Virus record (IMG/VR): IMGVR_UViG_3300026382_000175
Coordinates: 16,915-80,914 of that record
Reading direction: 5' to 3' (one strand)
Length of the DNA stretch: 64,000 nucleotides
From: a virus
The position numbers and the translations under genes were made by a program. Position 1 is the stretch's first letter. Every line of letters starts with the position of its first letter. The notes below the pieces were generated by a model. That model saw only the letters and a list, made by a program, of their open reading frames with translations. It did not search any database and was not told the DNA's origin. Of this stretch, positions 28,126 through 37,998 are shown one piece after another.

Positions 28126-29061
28126 ATGGGATTCAAGAAACCAGACCTAAATGCTATTAGGCAAATGCAAGAGCAGTTCCAATCTTCAAAATCTAACCAA
28201 ACTGATTACAGGTGGGCTAGCTTACCTGAGAAAGGAGAAACTATCAAAGTAAGATTCCTACCTCCAGTAGGAGAAATGAACTTACCTTTCTTCAAGCTTT
28301 ATAAACACTACCAAGTACCTAATCCAGAAGGAGAAGGTACTCTTAATTTCACTTGTCTTAGGACTTGGAATATGGAGTGTCCTATATGCTCTAAAATTGA
28401 GCACTTAAAGAGGAAGTTTGGAGATGATTTCGTTAATCAGTGGTATGCTAGTATGAGAGGCTTCTTTAATGTGCTAATCAAAGATGATCCTAACTATGTA
28501 TCAGGACTACCTTACATTTTAGGTATGCCTAAGTCAGGTTTAATTTGGTTTTTAGGAATAATGGGAGATGAGGACTATGGAGACATAACTGATCCTTATA
28601 CAGGCTTTTGGGTTAAGATTAGCAGAATGGATAACAACCAGCTTAGGTTTGACATAGTTCCTAAACCTAGTCCAATAGCCTCTACTGATGAGGAAATTAA
28701 CCAAATAGCAGAGCAGTGTTTTGACCTTACTAAGATTTGGAGAAACCCTGATGATGAGTACATTATAACAGCTAACAAGATAGCTGATAGGATTGAAGCA
28801 ATAGTTAAAGAGAAAGCAGGATTACTAGAAACAGGTAAAAGCGTAGTAGAAACTCCCAACCAAGTTAATCCTAATCCTGTTAACATTACTAAACCTACTC
28901 CAGTTCCTCAACCAACTCAACCTAAAGTTGAACCTAATCAATCTTCTGTTCAGAAGCCTCCAGGAGCTCCAGATTGCTTTGGTAACTTCAATGAAAGTGA
29001 CACTAGATGTCTAATTTGTATCCACGAAATAGAATGTAGGCAAGCTACTCAAGGAGGGTAA
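28126..29061 (+). CDS. single-stranded DNA-binding protein (gp32-like)
   Basis: VRFLPP, C...CPIC zinc site, DITDPYTG; start ATG 28126 after AGGAGG. Confidence 0.8.
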   Translation: MGFKKPDLNAIRQMQEQFQSSKSNQTDYRWASLPEKGETIKVRFLPPVGEMNLPFFKLYKHYQVPNPEGEGTLNFTCLRTWNMECPICSKIEHLKRKFGDDFVNQWYASMRGFFNVLIKDDPNYVSGLPYILGMPKSGLIWFLGIMGDEDYGDITDPYTGFWVKISRMDNNQLRFDIVPKPSPIASTDEEINQIAEQCFDLTKIWRNPDDEYIITANKIADRIEAIVKEKAGLLETGKSVVETPNQVNPNPVNITKPTPVPQPTQPKVEPNQSSVQKPPGAPDCFGNFNESDTRCLICIHEIECRQATQGG

Positions 29062-29062
29062 A

Positions 29063-29347
29063 ATGTTTAAAATACTTTACATCAATTCTGAACTAGAACC
29101 TAGTATTCAAGCTTCAATTAGGAGAAGATATCAGGACTATTTAACAGATAACCCATTACTAGCGATAGTAGAAGTTTCTAATGTAGAAGCTCCTAAGATT
29201 GTTAATGAAACGACTGAGGGGGAGAGGTTGGTTATCCCTCCCTCTCTTTTGGATTCAGTTATGGAAGAAGTTTTATATGCTTTAGAGAATCAAGATGGTA
29301 AATATTTGATTTCTTTTATGGAAGGTTTAGTTAAGCAAAACAATTAG
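29063..29347 (+). CDS. hypothetical protein
   Basis: 94-aa ORF in operon. Confidence 0.65.
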   Translation: MFKILYINSELEPSIQASIRRRYQDYLTDNPLLAIVEVSNVEAPKIVNETTEGERLVIPPSLLDSVMEEVLYALENQDGKYLISFMEGLVKQNN

Positions 29348-29359
29348 GAGAGGTTAAGC

Positions 29360-30496
29360 ATGGCTAAAAAGGATGTTGATATTTTTGAAACTGGTTCTGC
29401 TTTAGATAAGATTAAAGAGTTAGCTAGTACTTCTTCTCTTACCTACGAGACTGGTATATATCCTCTAGATGCTTTGTTATCAGGAGGGATTCATTCAGGT
29501 AAGATTTATGAGGTATTTGGTAAGGAAAGCTCTGGTAAATCTACTTTAGCTCTGCACTTAGCTAAAGCATATTTAGACTTTTGGAAAGATGAAGGTAATG
29601 TACTTTGGATAGAGAGTGAGAGTGCTTTTGATGTTCAAAGGGCTGTTGCATTTGGAATAGATTTGTCTAAAGTATTAGTTCAAGAAGTAGAGATAGTTGA
29701 AGATGGATTTGAGTTAATAGAGAAGGTTCTAAAGAAGGCTGAGCAAGTAGGTAGGAAAGTGTTTATAGTGTGGGACACTATTGCCTCTTGTTCAACTAAG
29801 AAGGAAAAGGATGATGGTCAATTTGGAGGAGGTATTTCTGAGAAAGCTAGGATGATAAGAAGCCTCTTGAGGAGAATTACCATTCCTCTAGGTAAAACTG
29901 ATTCAGTGTTACTTTTTGTTAACCAAGTGTACGATGTTATAGGTAGCTATACCAATGAGGTGGAAAGTCCTGGAGGTAGAGGTATTAAGTTCCACGCTTC
30001 TACCAGAATTCTAATAGAACAGAAAGCTCAGATTAAGAAAGTAGTTAACAATGTAGAAATTCCAGTAGGAATTAAGTCCAAGCTTACTCTTAAGAAGAAC
30101 AAGTTAGGACTTCCAGGACTTTCAACTATGTTAGTTATATTTGGAGAGAAAGGAATAGATAAGTGGGCTACTATAACAGATTTCCTTAAGCAACTACCTG
30201 AGGTTAAGAAGAGTGGAGCTTGGTTTACATTAGAGTTACCTGATGGAAATTCTATTAAGTTTCAGAATGAAAAACTCTTAAAACAAAAGGTAGAGGAAAA
30301 TCCTGAACTAGAGGAATTCATTAAGTACCTCATCTATAAGTACTATGCTGAACTTTCTATGTTTATGAAAATCAAGTTTTATGATTGGTTAATAGAGGTA
30401 GAAACTAAGTGGTATGGTAAACCTATTACCCAACTAAATGAAGAGGAAGAGAAGCTTTACCAAACTTTTAAAGAGGTAAAGGATGAAATTGGTTGA
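29360..30496 (+). CDS. recA: RecA/UvsX-like recombinase
   Basis: GKESSGKST, FVNQV, SPGGRGIKFHAS, GAWF. Confidence 0.92.
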   Translation: MAKKDVDIFETGSALDKIKELASTSSLTYETGIYPLDALLSGGIHSGKIYEVFGKESSGKSTLALHLAKAYLDFWKDEGNVLWIESESAFDVQRAVAFGIDLSKVLVQEVEIVEDGFELIEKVLKKAEQVGRKVFIVWDTIASCSTKKEKDDGQFGGGISEKARMIRSLLRRITIPLGKTDSVLLFVNQVYDVIGSYTNEVESPGGRGIKFHASTRILIEQKAQIKKVVNNVEIPVGIKSKLTLKKNKLGLPGLSTMLVIFGEKGIDKWATITDFLKQLPEVKKSGAWFTLELPDGNSIKFQNEKLLKQKVEENPELEEFIKYLIYKYYAELSMFMKIKFYDWLIEVETKWYGKPITQLNEEEEKLYQTFKEVKDEIG

Positions 30497-30956
30497 AGAG
30501 CTTAAATCTTTATTGGACTTGCTTTATGAAAAAGCAAGGAAGGTTTCTGATGTAGAGAATAAAGTTACAGGTTTGTGGTATCAAGTAATTAAGCACTTGA
30601 TTAAACTATACCAGTATCAAGACCCTTACGATAGAGATAAACATATAAGAGATTTAGCAACCTATGTGTATGATATACTGGAGTATTTAGACTCTTCCAA
30701 ATCTCCAGTTTCAGAAAGAAAGCTAAGAAAGTGGTTCAATTGGGATAACATAGATAGGAGTATAAAGATTAAAATCAGGCAAGTACATAACAGGTACACA
30801 GCTATTAGACCTAAGTTGTCTGATGAAGAAACTATTAAGATAGTTAAAGACAAACTAGCCCAACTTTTACCTTGCTTGTCTAACATAGACATTGATTGTG
30901 TAGAGAGTTGGATTAATCAGATTAGAGCTGAGGTTCAAAATGAGGATAATTCTTAA
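30483..30956 (+). CDS. DUF29-like paralog 1
   Basis: GLWYQVIKHLIKLY; similar to 38852 and 46398. Confidence 0.6.
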   Translation: MKLVEELKSLLDLLYEKARKVSDVENKVTGLWYQVIKHLIKLYQYQDPYDRDKHIRDLATYVYDILEYLDSSKSPVSERKLRKWFNWDNIDRSIKIKIRQVHNRYTAIRPKLSDEETIKIVKDKLAQLLPCLSNIDIDCVESWINQIRAEVQNEDNS

Positions 30957-32457
30957 AGATAAATTTTGCTACATTGAAGGCTCTCCTTGGGAAATAAGGA
31001 GAGCCAAATCTATCTTAACTTGGAGAGATAAGAATACAGGATTTTCTTATTATCTGTTTAGAGAGTTAGAGAAGAATAAACTACTGGAAACTTATTGGGG
31101 AATTTACTTTTACTTAAAAGATTGGGTTAAACACGAGTTAGTTTTAGAGACTGATTACTACCCAATCTTGCTTAGATTAGGTAAAGTTCAACCTAAGTTA
31201 GTTAAGGAAATTGATTCTAACCTTCTTCCAGGAATTACTCTATTTCCTCATCAGTTAGTAGGAGTTAGAAAAGCTTTACTCTATAAAACTGGAGTAATAG
31301 AAGTTGCTACTGGTGGTGGAAAAACTGAAATGTTTATAGCTACAATAAAGTGGATTTTGGAGAACGAAAATTCTGATGCTAGGTTCCTTGTAGTAGTTCC
31401 TTCAGAGTTCTTACTGAACCAAACTTATGAAAGGTTCTTGAAAAGAGGATTTTCTAAATCTCAGTTAGGTAAGTATTATGGTAAGCAAAAGAAGTTAGGT
31501 CAAATAACAATAAGATTGATAAACTCTGTTAACAAAGCTTTTGATGAAAACAATCCAGATTTAGGTTTTCTCAATTGGCATAAAGAACTGTATGGATTAG
31601 TAATTGATGAGGCTCATCACATTAGAGGAGAAACTTATAAAAGACTTCTCCTTAACTCTATGCATGCTGAGTACATTCTAGGTTATTCAGGTTCACCTTA
31701 TAAGGAAACTGTGGAAACCAACTTTGGAGACGCTATTATCCAAGCTATTACAGGAGGAGTTATTTACAGAGTACCTATGTCTTACTTGGTAAAGGAAGGA
31801 TTGTTAGCTCAAATGTATGTTTACTTTGAGAAATTAGGAGGACAGTTTGCTCAGTTTCCTACTTTATGGAATGAAGTTTATACTAAGTATATAGTTGAGA
31901 ACAAAGAGCGTAATGAGAAAATTATTGAGTGGATTAGGTTCTTCCAAGAGTGGAAAGTTCCAACTTTAGTATTAGTTCAAAGATTAGCTCATGGTAAAAA
32001 GCTACTTAACATGCTTAATGATGATAAATCAGTTTGTATATTTGGAGGAGGAGAGTGTTATATCTGTGAACATGGAGGATTGGTTAACATAGGAGAGATA
32101 GATTACTCAGAGCTTAAGAGGAAAGTAGAGAATGGAGAAATCCTAACGATTATAGCTTCCCAAGTTATGGATGAAGGAGTTGATTTACCTGAAGTAGGAG
32201 CAGTTATAATGGCTGGAGCAGGTAAGTCTTCTATTAAGCTAAAGCAAAGGATAGGTAGAGGAGCTAGGAAAGGTTCTACAGGAGTTAGTTTTTTGGTTGA
32301 CTTCAAAGATATTGGTCATGTTTACCTTTATGCTCAGTATAAGAAAAGGAAGGAACTTTATCAAGAACAAGCTATTGAAGAGATAGATAATTCAGTTGAA
32401 TTTAAGAAGAAGGTAATAGAAGTTTATGGAAAGGAGGTAGAAAATGAAAAGATTTGA
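30940..32457 (+). CDS. SF2 helicase (UvsW-like)
   Basis: ATGGGKT, DEAHH, SGS, EGVDLP, QRIGRGAR. Confidence 0.92.
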   Translation: MRIILKDKFCYIEGSPWEIRRAKSILTWRDKNTGFSYYLFRELEKNKLLETYWGIYFYLKDWVKHELVLETDYYPILLRLGKVQPKLVKEIDSNLLPGITLFPHQLVGVRKALLYKTGVIEVATGGGKTEMFIATIKWILENENSDARFLVVVPSEFLLNQTYERFLKRGFSKSQLGKYYGKQKKLGQITIRLINSVNKAFDENNPDLGFLNWHKELYGLVIDEAHHIRGETYKRLLLNSMHAEYILGYSGSPYKETVETNFGDAIIQAITGGVIYRVPMSYLVKEGLLAQMYVYFEKLGGQFAQFPTLWNEVYTKYIVENKERNEKIIEWIRFFQEWKVPTLVLVQRLAHGKKLLNMLNDDKSVCIFGGGECYICEHGGLVNIGEIDYSELKRKVENGEILTIIASQVMDEGVDLPEVGAVIMAGAGKSSIKLKQRIGRGARKGSTGVSFLVDFKDIGHVYLYAQYKKRKELYQEQAIEEIDNSVEFKKKVIEVYGKEVENEKI

Positions 32458-32794
32458 AGTTAAACACATTTATGGTAAGTATGAAGGTGATAGAGGAGAA
32501 CTCCTTTATCGCCACACTACTTGTGATGAAGAAGGAAGAGAATACAATGTAGAGATTAGAAAGATTGATGAAGAAACTTGTTTGGTAGAAGTTACTTCTA
32601 TGGATGAATCACAACCAGAAGGTTGTGAAGTTTTAGTTAAAGCAGTTGGAGCAGATAATGTATTTATTGAAGCTTATGAACCTCGTGAACATTGGCAAGT
32701 TGTATTTGAACTTGAAGAAAATAATGAGGAGAAAGAAATAAAAATTGGATTGGGATTATTGCATCTATTAGATTTGCAAATTAAACCTCTCTAA
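32444..32794 (+). CDS. hypothetical protein
   Basis: 116 aa, SD AAGGAGGT. Confidence 0.7.
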   Translation: MKRFEVKHIYGKYEGDRGELLYRHTTCDEEGREYNVEIRKIDEETCLVEVTSMDESQPEGCEVLVKAVGADNVFIEAYEPREHWQVVFELEENNEEKEIKIGLGLLHLLDLQIKPL

Positions 32795-32862
32795 CTTGAG
32801 CTTAGTCTATTATAGAGACTAAGTAGTAAAAAGCTTGTGTTTAAGGTTGGTGGAGGAGTGGT

Positions 32863-33339
32863 ATGTTTAGTTTACTAGAGCTGATTCCTAAAAGTGTAGC
32901 TGAGAAGCTTAAAACTCTTCAGGTTAAAGAACTTAACAGGTATGTTCAATACTTAAAGGAAACTGTTAAGGAAAGGGTAATAACTCTTTTGCATTACAGA
33001 AACCACAACTTAGAAGCTCTATCTTCTATACCTGAATTTCCTTACCAAGTAGGTTTATTTTGGGTAGGACAGTTAGACTCTAGGAGGAGGCTAGAACAAG
33101 ATAGAGATGACCCTTTAGTTATTCAAACCGTTTGGAATAAGGACATTTTCCTATTCCCTACTCTAGTGTTCCAATCTCAACAAGATTTAGAAAATTGGTT
33201 AGATAACCAAATCTGGGATAATCAACCTTTTTTGTATAGGGAGGGTAAGGTTTACTACTATGAAAACTTCTTACCTTTAGGAGATAAGAGGTATTCTTCA
33301 ATATCAATATTTTACAATAAGCTGTATCCTCTTTTGTGA
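32863..33339 (+). CDS. hypothetical protein
   Basis: 158 aa, SD GGAGGAG. Confidence 0.7.
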   Translation: MFSLLELIPKSVAEKLKTLQVKELNRYVQYLKETVKERVITLLHYRNHNLEALSSIPEFPYQVGLFWVGQLDSRRRLEQDRDDPLVIQTVWNKDIFLFPTLVFQSQQDLENWLDNQIWDNQPFLYREGKVYYYENFLPLGDKRYSSISIFYNKLYPLL

Positions 33340-33347
33340 GGTGAATT

Positions 33348-33533
33348 ATGCCATGTATCCCTTACTGGGAACTGATAAGAGGAAAGTGGGTGTTCAAAAT
33401 CTTAATAGTAAGTGATAGGGATAAGGTTATTTACGATGGAGAATTCAACAAGAAGGATCAAAAGCTACTTAAACTGATTGAAGAGTACTCAGATGATTTT
33501 GAAAGGTTTAAACAAAGGTATTTGGAGGGCTAG
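33348..33533 (+). CDS. hypothetical protein
   Basis: 61 aa, SD GAGGTG. Confidence 0.65.
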   Translation: MPCIPYWELIRGKWVFKILIVSDRDKVIYDGEFNKKDQKLLKLIEEYSDDFERFKQRYLEG

Positions 33534-33535
33534 GT

Positions 33536-33982
33536 ATGTTGGATAAAGTACTATTTTATTCAGAGAAAGTGCTTGAAAGTATAGGTATAAAGAGAGAGTG
33601 GCAATATAGAAGCCTTAATGTAGTTAGTTTAATAGGATTATTAATTGGGATAATAGTTTCATTAACTTATCCTTTCAAATATTCAGCTAATGATTACCTT
33701 TTACTATGGATTCTCAGAGGAGTTGGAATAGTTATTGTTGGGTTTGTTTTCCACATATTCTACTTTTTGTTAGGAGCTTGTTTAGATGAAATAAATGATG
33801 AAGATATTAATTTTGCTGAGTTGATTGGGCTTATAATATTTCTTATAACACTTTTTGTAGTTTCAGTTGTATTAGGTAGTTGTGTTGGTATTGTAGGGAT
33901 ACTAATAACCTTTCTGTTCCAGAAATTAACTAAAGTTAAAGTTAGAAATATTTTCCTTTTTCTTAAGGGAGGTACAAAATGA
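33536..33982 (+). CDS. membrane protein
   Basis: Three to four hydrophobic segments. Confidence 0.7.
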   Translation: MLDKVLFYSEKVLESIGIKREWQYRSLNVVSLIGLLIGIIVSLTYPFKYSANDYLLLWILRGVGIVIVGFVFHIFYFLLGACLDEINDEDINFAELIGLIIFLITLFVVSVVLGSCVGIVGILITFLFQKLTKVKVRNIFLFLKGGTK

Positions 33983-34293
33983 AATATAAGTGGTGGGATA
34001 AATTAGATAATGCTACTAAAGAGTTTCTTGAAGACAATGGGTGTTTTCCTTTTGGGGTTGAATTGAATTTTGTTTATAAAGCAGATAGAAAGCGTTTTGA
34101 TATTGAGAGGTGGCTAAATACTGAATTAAATATTTGTCATCCTGTTAAGAACGCATTGGAAAAGTTACCAAATGTAGTTAAGGTAACTAAATGTGAATTA
34201 GATGAGAATGGTGTTTTACATATAGAACTAGAACTTCTTAGAAAAGCTTCTGGTATTAGCTCTAGAAATGAAGCTAAAGATAATGGAAGTTAG
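33979..34293 (+). CDS. hypothetical protein
   Basis: 104 aa, ATGA overlap; 3' end may be frameshifted. Confidence 0.6.
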   Translation: MKYKWWDKLDNATKEFLEDNGCFPFGVELNFVYKADRKRFDIERWLNTELNICHPVKNALEKLPNVVKVTKCELDENGVLHIELELLRKASGISSRNEAKDNGS

Positions 34294-34341
34294 AAGCAAA
34301 GAAATTTACTATTTCCAAAATATCCAAAAGGAGGGTTAGCT

Positions 34342-34929
34342 ATGCTAGTTCCAGTACTTACTACCAACATGGTTTATATCCCTGATTTTTGTCCTCAGTG
34401 TGGTAATTCTTTATCAGTTAAGTTTTCATTTGAAAATGGTATGCCTTTCATAGCTTGTGATAACTGTGACTACAAGAGAGAGTTCATTCTCTTTAAAGAA
34501 TGTCCTAAGTGTGGAGGTAAAATGAAGTACATTCATAAACACAACAAGTTTAAATGTGATGGTTGTAATACTTGGTATGAAGTAGAGTTGAAAGAGTCTG
34601 ATTCTTCTAGAAGAAGAAATTTCCAAATATTGGAAACTCTTTTAAATAAGGAAAATTTTAAGGGGATTGATTTAGCAGAATTCTCAAAAGATTTAATTGT
34701 CCCTTTTCCAGATTCTAATAGTGAGGTAGAAATTCAGAATATTTGGAAAGAAATATTTAGTGAGTCTCTACAAAAGGAAATAATTGATCACATTCTGAAT
34801 TCAGAACAATTTGAGAAAGGAATAGAGAAAAAGATAGCAGAATATGTTACTGAGAAATTGAAAGAACAAATTAGCATACAAGTAATTGATGATATAGTTA
34901 GTGCTCTTGAGACTTATAAAAGAATTTAA
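34342..34929 (+). CDS. double zinc-ribbon protein
   Basis: CPQC, CDNC, CPKC, CDGC. Confidence 0.75.
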   Translation: MLVPVLTTNMVYIPDFCPQCGNSLSVKFSFENGMPFIACDNCDYKREFILFKECPKCGGKMKYIHKHNKFKCDGCNTWYEVELKESDSSRRRNFQILETLLNKENFKGIDLAEFSKDLIVPFPDSNSEVEIQNIWKEIFSESLQKEIIDHILNSEQFEKGIEKKIAEYVTEKLKEQISIQVIDDIVSALETYKRI

Positions 34930-34939
34930 GAGGGATTGA

Positions 34940-35137
34940 ATGATAATGAGGATTAAAGCTTGGATAGGGAAAGAATGTCACTGTAACTATTGTGGAAGTT
35001 CTGTAATATTTACTAATGATAGTTCTAAAGGTAGAGATTATTTTCTTTATTGTTGTAACAAGGATTGTCCTTATCATAAAGGGCAACCTGTTTACGATGA
35101 TGAATTTCCTGAGTGGCTTTACTTAAAAGATGATTAG
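34940..35137 (+). CDS. small zinc-finger protein
   Basis: CNYC...CCNKDC. Confidence 0.65.
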   Translation: MIMRIKAWIGKECHCNYCGSSVIFTNDSSKGRDYFLYCCNKDCPYHKGQPVYDDEFPEWLYLKDD

Positions 35138-35146
35138 AGGCCTAAA

Positions 35147-36142
35147 ATGGTTCTTAAAAACTTTCCCTTTGACTATAAGGTTAAGCCTTCAGACCCTAAC
35201 GAAATTCAAATTTGTTGTCCTTTCTGTGAGAAGTTAGGTAAGACTCCTGATACTAAATACCACTTATACATTCACTTAAAGAAAAAGGTATTTCACTGTT
35301 TTAGGTGTGGTAAGTCTGGTAAGTTCAGAACCTTAAACCAACTTATAAGAATTCTAACAGGTAAAAGTCCTAATCTGCTTGAGAGCGATTGGGATGAAAT
35401 TATTAAGGAAGCTTTAAGCTACTTTGACAAATCTTTCTATTTACCTGAAACTTCCCAAGCTCAAGAAGTTTTAGACCTGAATATTATTTCCTACCCAGTT
35501 AGTAAAACTCTTACTCCAATAGCTTACAACTACCTTAAGAGTAGGAATCTAAGCGATTCTGAGATAGAGGAATATCAGATAAGGGTTGGTAAGTCTTACC
35601 AAGTTGATAACAAAACTATAAGGAAGTGGAAAGGTAGGGTTTTATTCCCATTCTTTGAGAATGGTCAAGTTATTTACTTAGTAGGTAGGACTTATACCAA
35701 CCAAGAGCCTAAATACCTCAACTCTAAAGGTAATCGTAGAGATAAGCTATTCCCTAGCAGAACTTTCAAAACTTCTGAAATCATAGTTTGTGAAGGTATA
35801 TTTGATGTAATCAATGCTAAAAGGACTACTGGAATATACAGCGTAGCTACATTAGGTAAAGAGATAACAGAAGAGCAGGTTAACATTATGGTAGAGAATG
35901 GAGTTAGAACAGTTTACCTAGCATTAGACCCAGACTTAACTATTAAAGAATGGCAAAAGAACATCTGGAAATTCCTAGTTAAAGGTTGTAAGGTTTATCC
36001 AGTATTACTCCCACAAGGTTATGATGTAGACTCTATTGGAAGTAGGTTTCCTTATTACCTAGAGTTAGCTTTGAAGAAAAATTTTCTATCAACCCTCTTA
36101 TTTCAGCCTGAAATTCTAGTTCAAACCTGTTTAGTTTATTAA
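35147..36142 (+). CDS. DNA primase (zinc finger plus TOPRIM)
   Basis: CPFC...CFRC, PKYLNS, VCEGIFD, LDPD. Confidence 0.9.
   Translation: MVLKNFPFDYKVKPSDPNEIQICCPFCEKLGKTPDTKYHLYIHLKKKVFHCFRCGKSGKFRTLNQLIRILTGKSPNLLESDWDEIIKEALSYFDKSFYLPETSQAQEVLDLNIISYPVSKTLTPIAYNYLKSRNLSDSEIEEYQIRVGKSYQVDNKTIRKWKGRVLFPFFENGQVIYLVGRTYTNQEPKYLNSKGNRRDKLFPSRTFKTSEIIVCEGIFDVINAKRTTGIYSVATLGKEITEEQVNIMVENGVRTVYLALDPDLTIKEWQKNIWKFLVKGCKVYPVLLPQGYDVDSIGSRFPYYLELALKKNFLSTLLFQPEILVQTCLVY
36107..36134 (+). promoter_or_regulatory. CCTGAA-N16-GTTTAG promoter
   Basis: Exact consensus at the primase 3' end. Confidence 0.8.
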
Positions 36143-36164
36143 ACAGGTTGATAGGAGGGTTGAT

Positions 36165-36473
36165 ATGTATGGGGTATATCCTTTCCCTTTAAGGAACAAA
36201 GAAGTAGCTAATGTTCTAAAGTTTTTCTTAGAAGCTTATAAGAAAGGTTCTACCTACTGTCCTATCTGTGGAGGGTATGGGTTTATAGTTCATGGGTTTG
36301 ACTCAGTTGGTAATCCTCTTAACGAAACTAAGTGTAACTACTGTAATGGTAGTGGAAGAGTAATTCTTGATAAGTTTGTTGAGGTTTTAGAGAAGGATTT
36401 AGAGTTAGCTAAGGAATTAAATCAAGAAGACAATCCAAGAGAAGAAGATGAAATAGATGATATTGAATTCTAA
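36165..36473 (+). CDS. DnaJ-type zinc-finger protein
   Basis: CPICGGYG...CNYCNGSG. Confidence 0.75.
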   Translation: MYGVYPFPLRNKEVANVLKFFLEAYKKGSTYCPICGGYGFIVHGFDSVGNPLNETKCNYCNGSGRVILDKFVEVLEKDLELAKELNQEDNPREEDEIDDIEF

Positions 36474-36492
36474 TCAAATCAGGAGGATAACG

Positions 36493-36570
36493 ATGAGCAT
36501 TATGGATAAGTTTTACCTTCATGCATTAGTATCAAAGCTGTTAAAACCCTTCCTCAGGAGGTCAATATGA
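36493..36570 (+). CDS. 25-aa peptide (absent from ORF track)
   Basis: SD AGGAGG; MSIMDKFYLHALVSKLLKPFLRRSI; ATGA overlap with the next gene. Confidence 0.65.
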   Translation: MSIMDKFYLHALVSKLLKPFLRRSI

Positions 36571-36752
36571 GTACTAGGAAAAAGGTTTTAGTAAAAACTA
36601 GTCAACCTTTGTTAGACTTAGGGAAGATCAAGAAAAATGTTTACCAAGTATTAGAGAGTACTCCTAATGGAATTATAGTAGAGGCTTCCCAATTTCAAAT
36701 TGAAATGCTAAAAGCAGAAGGATTTGAAGTTTTAGAGGAAGTAAACGAATAA
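36567..36752 (+). CDS. hypothetical protein
   Basis: 61 aa, SD AGGAGGT. Confidence 0.7.
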   Translation: MSTRKKVLVKTSQPLLDLGKIKKNVYQVLESTPNGIIVEASQFQIEMLKAEGFEVLEEVNE

Positions 36753-36765
36753 AGGAGGGTTAGGT

Positions 36766-37137
36766 ATGAATTGGAAGTACTTTGCTATGGTAGGAGTAGA
36801 GAAAGAGTTTGATTCACTTGATAACCAAGTTGTTTATCATGTTTATGTTAGCGATGATTTTGAGAAGAGTTCTGAAGTAGTTGGAGTAGGAGATGGTTAT
36901 GATGTTATTAACGAAGTTTCTTTTGTTCCAAGATCAGTAGGAAAGATTAAAGGTAAAGAATTTATTGTTACTGATACTGCTTACCTAGATTCTGATCCAT
37001 TTATTGCTCAGATTCTAATTCCTGTTTTAAAGAACTTCCAAGTTGAAAAGATCAAGATGACATCGTGGATATCTGATCAAGTTAGAGATCTTCTTACTTC
37101 TGCTGGATTCAAGGTTGAAGGAGGTAAGCAATGGTAG
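36766..37137 (+). CDS. hypothetical protein
   Basis: 123 aa, SD AAGGAGG. Confidence 0.7.
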   Translation: MNWKYFAMVGVEKEFDSLDNQVVYHVYVSDDFEKSSEVVGVGDGYDVINEVSFVPRSVGKIKGKEFIVTDTAYLDSDPFIAQILIPVLKNFQVEKIKMTSWISDQVRDLLTSAGFKVEGGKQW

Positions 37138-37829
37138 AGTTATTCAAGGAAGTAATAGAATTACAAGATAAACTAAATTCCAATATTGACCCTAACTGGA
37201 AGACTAACAGGGTTTTAGAAGATTGGGTAATAGCTACTAATCAAGAATTTGCTGAGCTTATGGATAGCCTTCCTTGGGCTTGGTGGAAAAAGCAATCTGA
37301 AATAGGCATAAACAATGTTAGGTTGGAGTTAGTTGATATTTTCCACTTTCTCCTTTCCTTTGCTATACAAGGAGCATATTTAGTAGGAGTGGATAAGGAA
37401 GATTTAGCTCATTACATCCACTTCCAAGCCATCAAAGAACCCTCTACCCATTCTCTTAATCCCAGAACTTTAATGAAGCTTTACAGGGAGATGTTGTTTG
37501 AGATAGGACTCTTTACAACTCATAAAGACAAAGTTTACTTAGACTTGTATTTTGGAACTTTCTTTGAGATGGTAAAAACTGCTGGCATGTCTATTGAAAA
37601 GTTGTTAAAACTCTACTTAGGTAAGAATGCTTTAAATCAACTCAGGAAAGATTTTGGTTATAAGGAAGGTAAATACATTAAAGATTGGAATGGTAGAGAA
37701 GATAATGAAGTTATGATGGAATTGTTAGATAACTTAGAACCTTCTTTTGAAGTTATTTACAGAACTCTAAAAGAATACTATGAAACCAATGTTTTGAGAG
37801 AGGTTGCAAATGAAGTTCGTAAAGGTTAA
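37131..37829 (+). CDS. dut: dimeric all-alpha dUTPase
   Basis: WAWWKKQ, ELVDIFHF, KNALNQLR, GYKEGKYIKDWNGREDNE. Confidence 0.92.
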   Translation: MVELFKEVIELQDKLNSNIDPNWKTNRVLEDWVIATNQEFAELMDSLPWAWWKKQSEIGINNVRLELVDIFHFLLSFAIQGAYLVGVDKEDLAHYIHFQAIKEPSTHSLNPRTLMKLYREMLFEIGLFTTHKDKVYLDLYFGTFFEMVKTAGMSIEKLLKLYLGKNALNQLRKDFGYKEGKYIKDWNGREDNEVMMELLDNLEPSFEVIYRTLKEYYETNVLREVANEVRKG

Positions 37830-37998
37830 AGAAGGAGTTTATGTTAACTTAGCTAATGTTACTGATATCAGGATAGAAGGAAGGGAGAATAATTATGTTG
37901 TGGTATTTTACAACAAGGAAGATATAATCACTAAAAGTGAAGGGTTTACTTCATTTGAGGAAGCTGAAGCTTTCGTAAGGAGGGTTATCAATGAATAA
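37804..37998 (+). CDS. hypothetical protein
   Basis: ORF in operon; likely start MKFVKV. Confidence 0.65.
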   Translation: MQMKFVKVKEGVYVNLANVTDIRIEGRENNYVVVFYNKEDIITKSEGFTSFEEAEAFVRRVINE

